Assembly (NCBI GenBank): GCA_977017575.1
Contig: CDRNVI010000027.1
Coordinates: 62,001 to 126,000 of the forward strand
Length of the DNA stretch: 64,000 nt
Source of the DNA: Paramoeba atlantica
Lineage: Eukaryota > Protista > Discosea
Direction: 5' to 3'
In this document: positions 24,621-32,716 of the stretch, piece after piece
How the letters are laid out: every line of letters begins with the position of its first letter
How positions within the stretch are numbered: position 1 is the stretch's first letter
Notes under the pieces: generated by a model
The model's input: the letters and a program-made list of their open reading frames with translations, nothing else
Told to the model about the DNA's origin: nothing
Database searches by the model: none
Translations under genes and position numbers: made by a program

Positions 24621-25636
24621 TATAAGTTTACGATAAGAAATTTAGGAGACTTTACTTTGTTGATATGCAAAAAAAAGACTCTTTTGACCTCTTCGTGATG
24701 CGAGCAATGCTAGGATTTTCGTTCAGTTTTGTTGCAAGTGTTTCGTGTTCGCTTTTCATTTGTTTCCTTAGTTGGGTGCGTGATGCTTGATTCTGACTCT
24801 TCATGAGGCTCTGACTCTTCTGAGTTCCCGTGCAACCTACCGGAGCGTTAGCGGGTTTTAAAAGCTCTTCGATAGATTTCCGCGAGGCCTCAAAAAAGTA
24901 TCGTTGCTTCACAACAGTCGAAATAATACCTAAACCTCCCAACTTACATGGCAAAGTGGCAAGTTTTAAGGAGTCACCATTCGCTCCGCACCATTTCATC
25001 ATGACAGATTGTACTTCTTTGTCGAACTCTTCTGCCAATGAAAAGGTTGCCACTGGTTTGTGCACTCTAAGGTGATAATCTTGACGCGGCACTGTGCATC
25101 GTTTTAGAATTTCTAATGACAAATTGCTCGGACCCATGATGCGCAACCTTCGAAACAGGCATTCGTGTTTTGACATTTTCTCGAGGAGCTTCTCTTCTAC
25201 TATTTTATCTCTGCCGATGTATCCCCCTAGAACTTTGATTGAATCCTCACACTTTTTAACTCCCAGCGTTCGTAGAGGTGAAGCGTCAAATTCTTGTGTC
25301 TTTGAAGACTTGAACCATTCGCACTTGTTGAAATTGATTTCTAGGTTCAAATCCTGAGTTGATTCTCGCAAATGGAGGAATGCTGTTTCTAGGGATGTCG
25401 TATTTGTTGAACACATTGTCACGTCGTCCTGATATGCTCTTATCTTGACCTCCGGGTAAAGACTGGCGACTTCCTTCAAAGGACCCTGCAGTAACGCACA
25501 AAAGTAGAGCGAGGATAAGGCGGACCCTTGTCTGACCCCACAAGAACTTTCAATCACGGAGTGTAACGAATTGTTTGCGAAGAAAAGTATAAGTTTACGA
25601 TAAGATATTTAGGAGACTTTATTTTGTTGATATGCA
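24621..25636 (-). pseudogene. Internal RT fragment (24670-25587) flanked by a 49-bp direct repeat
   Basis: GVRQGSALSS, RAYQDD. Repeats at 24621-24669 and 25588-25636 match at 47/49. Confidence 0.85.
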
Positions 25637-25983
25637 GATGGTGCCCCGAAAGGGGTCTAAACTGTTTTCAAATTCTACCCCGAAATGGGTCTAAACTATT
25701 TATCTATGTACCAGGGATAGATTGAGGTAATTATAAATATACTGTATATTAGTGACATTTCCTCCTATAAACAACAAAAACGTGGGTTGGTTCGCGACGT
25801 GGTGGGCATAAAGCTCGTTCGTAAGTTACAGGGAATGTTTGCTAGGTTAAAGTGCTCTATTTTGTGATACTTGTGATACTTAGTATATTTAATTGATTAC
25901 AAAGGAAAATGGGTATAGCGGGATAAATCTTCTATTTATACATGGGAAATATTGATTTCCTTGTTTACCTTATTTTACGAAGT

Positions 25984-26382
25984 TTATGGCAGAAGAAAGG
26001 GTCCGTTGATTTCGAGATCTGAAGGCTTGCCGTATTCTAGGTGAAACATTCTCATGAAAGGTTTGAAGATCGAAGGCTGTTGTAGTAGGGCTTGAGCAAT
26101 TGCAGTACGATGCGGTGTGTTGTAGGCATTCTTAAAATCCACTGTGAGAATCGTGTAGCCGGCGTCGTGTTCGTCCAAAAGCTCATGAACTATTGATTCA
26201 CACGCATTCCGTTGAAGAATACCTCGCTGCACTGGCTGGAAAAATTTCTCCACTGTATTGCTGTGTCGCATTAAAAGAATCGTTCCGCAGATCTTGAGGA
26301 TAGTGTCTCCCATTGCCCATGGTCGTATCCCGTTTTGAGGTTTTGCTAACGCGATGATCCTGCAGCGAGTTAGGCGTTGACG
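25984..26382 (-). pseudogene. RT N-terminal fragment, family B
   Basis: ALAKPQNGIRP...VDFKNAYN; same subfamily as the 6420-6710 segment. Confidence 0.85.
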
Positions 26383-26409
26383 TTTCTGTACCTTGTTGCT
26401 ATTCTTACC

Positions 26410-26802
26410 ATGATCTTTTTAAATGCCACATCGTCGGAAGATTCGCGTTTTCGTCCGCGATTCAAGGCAATTGGTCGCCGAAGAGAAAAGGAATCGAGTG
26501 TGACGCGCGTCTGCAAAAACGTCGCGTGCTTGTTGAAAGTACGAAGTGATACTTTTCATCTGGAAGGTTTGTTGATGAGCACGGTTAACCCATTTACGCT
26601 CCGGCAAACTAGAAAGATGGAGAGTGTTGCGGAATACTTTCAACGGGCACGTGATGAGATTGTGTATTCTGGAGTGGCGGGAAGTGAGACTTCTTGTCTC
26701 GGAGGTTTGTTGATGAGCACGGATAGCCCCTTTACGCTCCGGCAAACTGAAGAGACAAGAGGCATCGCTCCTGCTGTTGCAGGGTGCACGTCTCTTGCGT
26801 GA
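26410..26802 (+). CDS. SL-headed 130-aa ORF of unknown function with a 46-aa internal repeat
   Basis: SL 16-mer at 26383-26398, 11-nt UTR, ATG 26410. GLLMSTxxPFTLRQT occurs twice. No RT-family motifs. Confidence 0.5.
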   Translation: MIFLNATSSEDSRFRPRFKAIGRRREKESSVTRVCKNVACLLKVRSDTFHLEGLLMSTVNPFTLRQTRKMESVAEYFQRARDEIVYSGVAGSETSCLGGLLMSTDSPFTLRQTEETRGIAPAVAGCTSLA

Positions 26803-27139
26803 CGCACGTCAACTCACCAATTGAACACAACACCGATACATGGCGTTGGACGAAGGTTTAGTCTTGATTACCGATCCGGAAATCTTTTGCTTGTTTTGCT
26901 TTTGCTTGTTTGTTCCTATCACTGGTTTTTACTACTTTGTGCCCTATAAATTCTGACGGCGTCTACTGAGTAACTCTGACTGTGTCTTCCCCCATATCAA
27001 CGAGGAAGGTCATTTATCTGCCATCGGATTCATTCATTCATTCCATTTCCTAAAAGTTTACGGAAAGAATTTACGGAAAGAAAAAGAGGTTTATAAAAAA
27101 AAAATTATGACTGTCTCCGAAATAACGCATTGATATTCT

Positions 27140-27372
27140 GCATACATGAATGTTCGAATACTCTCCCTCCTCCAGTCTTCTCTCACTTTGCTTCTTCTTT
27201 CGGATATTCGTCTTGTCTGGCTTAACAAACTTTGGCACCGCAATATGATCTATTTGGTTTTTATTTTCTCCATTCGGGTGACACCAGGTCCACGCTTCTT
27301 CTCCCCAACTATCGCAATCTGTATACTCCTTTATCGTCACCCACGCACAGCAACTAAAGTATTTGGACTCAG
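27140..27372 (-). pseudogene. APE endonuclease fragment of an RTE-like LINE
   Basis: WTWCHPNGENKNQIDHIAV matches the APE TW...G...NQID(H/Y)I motif. Confidence 0.7.
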
Positions 27373-27374
27373 TC

Positions 27375-27701
27375 CGCAATGCTAGCTGGGTGGCCCCGGG
27401 GTCTTTTGCCGAGCACTACGCACAGACCAAAGCGAGACAGCGACAGGAAGCAACCGAGGCCGGGTTTCTTTTCACAGCCATGGTTGTGGAATCATTTGGC
27501 TCCTGGAGTGAGAGTGCCTTAGCGCTCCTCCGCGACATCGGAACGCAACGAGCGAACGCGTCGAAAGAACTCATGTCTCGCAGCCAAGCACGAAATGAAC
27601 TCCTTACGGAGCTGAACGTTGCGTTAATGAGATCACAAGCCAGAATGATGGTTTCGCGTATCTGCGTGCCAGATCCAACGGATCCAATGGTAGCGACATA
27701 G
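27375..27701 (+). pseudogene. RLE C-terminal fragment, family A
   Basis: RNASWVAPGSFAEHY...FTAMVVESFGSWS...LNVALMRSQARMM. Confidence 0.88.
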
Positions 27702-27999
27702 GCCTATACATATACCTACGGACCCGCTTCTATCCTCTCTTGCATCCTCTGGTCCGGATGTTGGTTGTGTCTCATAGTTTACGGAGAGAATTGGGCGAAT
27801 AAATTATTTACGTTATACCAGTTTATCTATTGTGTGATGGCCGAGGGGCATTGTACCTGTTGTAAGAATTCAACTGATTTGATATATACACCCCCCAGAT
27901 GTAACCCCATGTGTATACAGACGAATATGACGTTTGCTATGGTGATTATAAATTCAAGACTTTATTTCCTTTGTTAATTCGCGACAGTTAAAGTTTCTA

Positions 28000-29127
28000 A
28001 TGACCGTGGTTGACGATCCTTCAACGCGAGCTTTACGGTCGTCGCGTAGTTCTTCCCCTACTGCTGAGTCGCTCGTGCCTACCGAGCCGCTCACGCAGCA
28101 GGAATTAAGTCTCGTTTGTACGGTGGCCAGAGAGCGATTATTTGTGAAACCCTCGGTGCAGGTGCAGGCATCTTTCCGTCGCAAGGATGATCGTAATGGT
28201 GCTCGACAAACGTTGATGGGCAAGTTGCGCAAGGAAGGTCTTGACTTATGGGGGGTGTGGGAAGATAAGCCGTCTAAGGAGTACCCCTTTCCTCACCCGG
28301 ATTTAGACTATTTTGAGATTAACATTATTGAGGATCGCGAGGTGCCGTCATCAGTTGCTAATTCGCAAGTCCCTATTTCTGAGCCAGTGGGATCGTCTGG
28401 GGAACTGCCAAGTAGCGCCCAAGAAATGGCAGGGGGGAGACAGATTGAGGGACCCTCCTTGACGCTTCCGGAGGCCCCACAGGAGGGCAGGCCCAGGCTC
28501 CTTGACCCCAACGCATTGAACCCTTATGAACCGATAACCTTTGAACCGTGGATTAATGCGTTAGACGACGACGGATTCCGTACCAGAGATTTGATTCGCG
28601 AGCTGAGAGAGGCCCCGGAATTTGGTTTGCATGGTAACCGATTTTATTATGATCGGAGCTTCGTTAAGCAGCAGGAACGTGTGTTCAATTCGATTTTTTG
28701 CAAGTGGATTGTTTTTGCTCGGTTGATACCAAATTGGAACCAAGGGGTCTATCTCGAGATGGGACGCGGAATAATTCAAACCCTTCGGGATGCTTACTGG
28801 CGGGCGCGCCGAGTTGACGTTGATCTCGTCCACCAGAAAATGGAGAAAGATGTACGCCCAGAGGACAAATTTTATCATCATGTGAGCGATCAGTTAGTCG
28901 AACGACAAAAACTGTACGCCCGAGTCCAATCGTTTTCTACTTCAGGAACGCAAGTTTCACGCCCAAATCCAGTACCTTTTCGTCAGACCGGACCTCTTCA
29001 GCGACGAAATTTGTTGTGTTTCGGTTGCCGGTCACCAGAACATATCTGGCGCAATTGTCCCAAGCGCTTTAATCAGGATTTTCGCTCGCGGGTGGCTGGC
29101 CCTGCCGCAGGCAGCAAGAGTTTATGA
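28000..29127 (+). CDS. Gag-like protein with CCHC zinc knuckle
   Basis: CFGCRSPEHIWRNC near the C-terminus. Stop overlaps the pol start (ATGA 29124-29127). Confidence 0.88.
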   Translation: MTVVDDPSTRALRSSRSSSPTAESLVPTEPLTQQELSLVCTVARERLFVKPSVQVQASFRRKDDRNGARQTLMGKLRKEGLDLWGVWEDKPSKEYPFPHPDLDYFEINIIEDREVPSSVANSQVPISEPVGSSGELPSSAQEMAGGRQIEGPSLTLPEAPQEGRPRLLDPNALNPYEPITFEPWINALDDDGFRTRDLIRELREAPEFGLHGNRFYYDRSFVKQQERVFNSIFCKWIVFARLIPNWNQGVYLEMGRGIIQTLRDAYWRARRVDVDLVHQKMEKDVRPEDKFYHHVSDQLVERQKLYARVQSFSTSGTQVSRPNPVPFRQTGPLQRRNLLCFGCRSPEHIWRNCPKRFNQDFRSRVAGPAAGSKSL

Positions 29128-31850
29128 CTAATCCCCACCCAAACGGCCAGTACTATAATTACATTCAAACGAAAACAAACAAGCCTTTTTACGCAAGCCC
29201 CGAAGCGGAGGAGAGTGGAATGCAATTTGGTTGTGAAGGATGTTCAGAACTTAAGCGGGAGGTGCGTGCAATCCGAGAGTATTTACGGCGGAACTTTGAG
29301 TCTACAGCAGGCGTGTCCAGCACGCTTCAAATTGGTGAAATTGTTAATGGGGGTGTCCACACTGACACCGGAAATACGAAACGCATTGGATGCCATGGGA
29401 GAGATGTGGAGCACAACAACGTGGCAAGCGAGGGCTCGCTTGTGGGAAAGACTGACAATGTTTTGTCAGTGGAGGGGAATAGAGGTCACCCCAATTCACG
29501 CGGTCGCATTTATCGCAAGTTTGCCAATTCGAATCCAAGCAAAGTTAACGTACGCACGCAGCCTTGCATCAATTCTCAACCTGGCAGGGAAAGTGGTGAA
29601 TCCTCTGCGCTTCTACGTAAAATCATTGATGGCCGAGGGGGCGACGGAGCCGCTACGCCAGATGACCCCATTGACTCTGACCGATCTAAATCAACTGTGG
29701 CTCCATCTACCGGACAGCGAAAGACATACCTTGCTACTTTGTTGGAAGGCAGCAAGTCGGTGGTCAGAGACGGCAATGTTGACCCGAGACAAGTTTCACG
29801 AGATATCGCCTACCAGGATAGTGATTTGGTGGGGGCGCCACACAAAAACGTCTCGCTTCAATCCTTACCGCCCGTCAATGTATACGGTAGTGGAAGGTCC
29901 GGGAACGAGCCGGCTGGCGAACTATATTTCCAGACTTGGGGGGTACCAGCCAATGTCTCGAACAACGGTATCCGAAGCGGATCGCCAAATAAGGCGCATT
30001 TTGGGGGAAGGATTCGGGACGCACTCTGCCAAGAGGGGGGCGATAACTCAGTTGTTCGCCGAGGTCGCAAAGGGGGGTACGGGCCTCGAGGAAGTACAGC
30101 GGTTAGCGAAGCATCAGTCGCTGGAGTCACTCCTAAGATACAATGCAGACCCCGTTACGACGGCGCTAGCGCTGGGTACGCAGAACGCGACAAGCCGGTT
30201 AAACATAATGTAGACGCTGATTTTGTTTTTCGCAAGTTTTTGGAGGACATTCCTCACGAGAAAGTTCGGCATACGATCACACGTACACGACGCACTTCGA
30301 AAGTAGCGCTCCCAAAAGATTTTTCCATCCCATTGCATGTGAAAAAAGGTATTCCACGCATTGAAGTGCAAGCCCTCAGGAATATGATGAATGAGACTGC
30401 GGGAGCTCGATTCGACGAGACGTGGAATACGTTGTTATCTTTACCAGGGGTGGCATCTCGGGTTCCCACATATCGATCTTTCTTGCCGGAGGGAGATGTA
30501 AAGGAGTTGGTCGACGCGGGTTTCGTTTCGCGTGTGGATGCAGAACAGGAGAGTAGTCGCCCCACGATGGATTGGGTAATCCCTTTCACTGTTGTTGAAC
30601 CGGCCGATGATGGCTCCGAGAGAAGACGTTTTATTGCATGGACACAGGAGGATAATGAGCGGATTAAGGAGAGTTACGTGCCATATGTTCCTGTGAGACA
30701 CGCAGCTTTCTATCTACACCGCGCGAAGGAACAGAGTGCGGTGAAGCGTGATCTTGCGTGCGGATTTTGGCAGGTCGCAATTCCGTTATCATGCCGTCAA
30801 AAATTTCGTTTCGTGAATAAAATGGGGGACCTGTATGAGATGACGGTGATGCCGATGGGCCACCGGTGTGCACCGGAGCTGATGCACGCATTAACTGCAA
30901 CGCTGGCTGGAGATAGAGAATATTGTGAGAACAAAATGGCGTTTTTTCATGGAGGCCTCGATACTTATATCGATGGAATTCGATTTGCAGGGAATGACAA
31001 GATCACAAACGACTTTGCGCGATTCGTGGACGATAGAGCGGAGCGGGTGAATGCCTTGTTTAAGGATCATGGTCTTCCACCTGAGCAGCGGTACACATTC
31101 AACGGTATAACATATCACCATCGTGAGGGGAAGGTATCACTCGGACCAAAATTGACCCGCAGATTAGAGCATGATGAATTTACTGGTGCTACGTATTCAT
31201 CGTTAGAGGCTGGTGTCGGACGTCTGGTTTTTGCCTCAGGTGTCATGGGTGTGAATCTACCTCAATATCATCTGGAGTTAAAAATTGTGCGCCGGAGAAT
31301 CAATAGGTTAAATCGAGAACCCGAACTTCTCGATCAAATAGTGCCCTTGCCAACGCCAGTACGGGTTGCGCTAACTGAGTGGCGCGATACCCTTTTATAT
31401 CGATCGCCGGTGGTTCCGCTTCCGCATCCGGAAACAGTTCCGCATCGGCACATTTTATGTACAGACGCCTCCTCGAAGGGTTGGGGGGCAGTTTTATATC
31501 TGGATTACGGACAAATGTTGTGCACTGGATCTCAATGGCCCCCTGATTTCGAGTATGAAGTTAACCGCGCGGAAGCGCGGGCTGTTCGCTTGGCCTTTCA
31601 AAAATATGGTCATCATTTTAACTCGGATACATGCGTCGACCTGTATGTTGACAATACTTCATGCGTTGCTGCGATAAATAGAAAAATGTCACGTTCAGAC
31701 GGTATAACTTCTGAGCTACGCCGGTTGTTAGATTTCTTAAAGCGTAAAGGTGTCGCCGTTCAGGCACAGTATATTTGTTCGAGCGAAAATCCGGCCGATC
31801 CTTATAGTAGACTCTGCACGGTAGACTCGGATAAAGCAGATGTCATGTAG
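29124..31850 (+). CDS. Pol: reverse transcriptase plus DIRS-type RNase H
   Basis: KRDLACGFWQV, PMG, YIDG; RNase H TDASSKGWG, NRAE, VDN, NPAD. Confidence 0.9.
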   Translation: MTNPHPNGQYYNYIQTKTNKPFYASPEAEESGMQFGCEGCSELKREVRAIREYLRRNFESTAGVSSTLQIGEIVNGGVHTDTGNTKRIGCHGRDVEHNNVASEGSLVGKTDNVLSVEGNRGHPNSRGRIYRKFANSNPSKVNVRTQPCINSQPGRESGESSALLRKIIDGRGGDGAATPDDPIDSDRSKSTVAPSTGQRKTYLATLLEGSKSVVRDGNVDPRQVSRDIAYQDSDLVGAPHKNVSLQSLPPVNVYGSGRSGNEPAGELYFQTWGVPANVSNNGIRSGSPNKAHFGGRIRDALCQEGGDNSVVRRGRKGGYGPRGSTAVSEASVAGVTPKIQCRPRYDGASAGYAERDKPVKHNVDADFVFRKFLEDIPHEKVRHTITRTRRTSKVALPKDFSIPLHVKKGIPRIEVQALRNMMNETAGARFDETWNTLLSLPGVASRVPTYRSFLPEGDVKELVDAGFVSRVDAEQESSRPTMDWVIPFTVVEPADDGSERRRFIAWTQEDNERIKESYVPYVPVRHAAFYLHRAKEQSAVKRDLACGFWQVAIPLSCRQKFRFVNKMGDLYEMTVMPMGHRCAPELMHALTATLAGDREYCENKMAFFHGGLDTYIDGIRFAGNDKITNDFARFVDDRAERVNALFKDHGLPPEQRYTFNGITYHHREGKVSLGPKLTRRLEHDEFTGATYSSLEAGVGRLVFASGVMGVNLPQYHLELKIVRRRINRLNREPELLDQIVPLPTPVRVALTEWRDTLLYRSPVVPLPHPETVPHRHILCTDASSKGWGAVLYLDYGQMLCTGSQWPPDFEYEVNRAEARAVRLAFQKYGHHFNSDTCVDLYVDNTSCVAAINRKMSRSDGITSELRRLLDFLKRKGVAVQAQYICSSENPADPYSRLCTVDSDKADVM
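29215..30213 (+). CDS. Tyrosine recombinase nested in the +1 frame of pol (true start may be downstream)
   Basis: Full catalytic set: ASRWSE (R), KTSR (K), HSAKRG (HxxR), KHQS (H), LLRY (Y). Confidence 0.9.
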   Translation: MECNLVVKDVQNLSGRCVQSESIYGGTLSLQQACPARFKLVKLLMGVSTLTPEIRNALDAMGEMWSTTTWQARARLWERLTMFCQWRGIEVTPIHAVAFIASLPIRIQAKLTYARSLASILNLAGKVVNPLRFYVKSLMAEGATEPLRQMTPLTLTDLNQLWLHLPDSERHTLLLCWKAASRWSETAMLTRDKFHEISPTRIVIWWGRHTKTSRFNPYRPSMYTVVEGPGTSRLANYISRLGGYQPMSRTTVSEADRQIRRILGEGFGTHSAKRGAITQLFAEVAKGGTGLEEVQRLAKHQSLESLLRYNADPVTTALALGTQNATSRLNIM

Positions 31851-32716
31851 TCGACTTACTTTGAATTTGAAGATACGATACCAAAAAGAAAAAAAAAATG
31901 TAGCAGTGAATATCGAGAAGCACGGGCACGGTGAGCGATACGGAATTTCCTTATGATTTATTTTGGCGGAGTAGGCACCGCTGAAATACATCAACGTGCG
32001 ATTGGGTTGTAAATGGAAGTAGGACGAGCGAATGGGTGGTCCCCGCGTCACCCGTTCGCAAGCTGGGAGAGGACAGAAGTGTTGTGGGATTATTTAATTT
32101 TGTTATGTTATGACCGGTCATACAGTATTCATATGAATTTTGAATGTGCATAGAATTGAACGTATCAAATATCAGATAGAAGAGGGGAATGAAGATATTG
32201 TTTTGCTTAGTGCTTTCTTTCTTTCTTATAATATTTATGATGCACAATTCTCATAGTTTACGGAGAGAATTGGGCGAATAAATTATTTACGTTATACCAG
32301 TTTATCTATTGTGTGATGGCCGAGGGGCATTGTACCTGTTGTAAGAATTCAACTGATTTGATATATACACCCCCCAGATGTAACCCCATGTGTATACAGA
32401 CGAATATGACGTTTGCTATGGTGATTATAAATTCAAGACTTTATTTCCTTTGTTAATTCGCGACAGTTAAAGTTTCTAATGACCGTGGTTGACGATCCTT
32501 CAACGCGAGCTTTACGGTCGTCGCGTAGTTCTTCCCCTACTGCTGAGTCGCTCGTGCCTACCGAGCCGCTCACGCAGCAGGAATTAAGTCTCGTTTGTAC
32601 GGTGGCCAGAGAGCGATTATTTGTGAAACCCTCGGTGCAGGTGCAGGCATCTTTCCGTCGCAAGGATGATCGTAATGGTGCTCGACAAACGTTGATGGGC
32701 AAGTTGCGCAAGGAAC

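Larger units (their letters stand above)
27770..32250 (+). mobile_element. Tyrosine-recombinase retrotransposon, copy 1 (A1 27770-27996, gag, YR, RT-RH, B1 32040-32250); all ORFs intact
   Basis: gag-YR-RT/RH order with split direct repeats, as established for VIPER/Ngaro/PAT-type DIRS-order elements. Confidence 0.92.

Noticed and set aside
27055-27085. AGTTTACGGAAAGAATT motif resembling the subfamily 2 A start
   Set aside because: Only 17 nt with a local stutter, and no downstream A-repeat homology.
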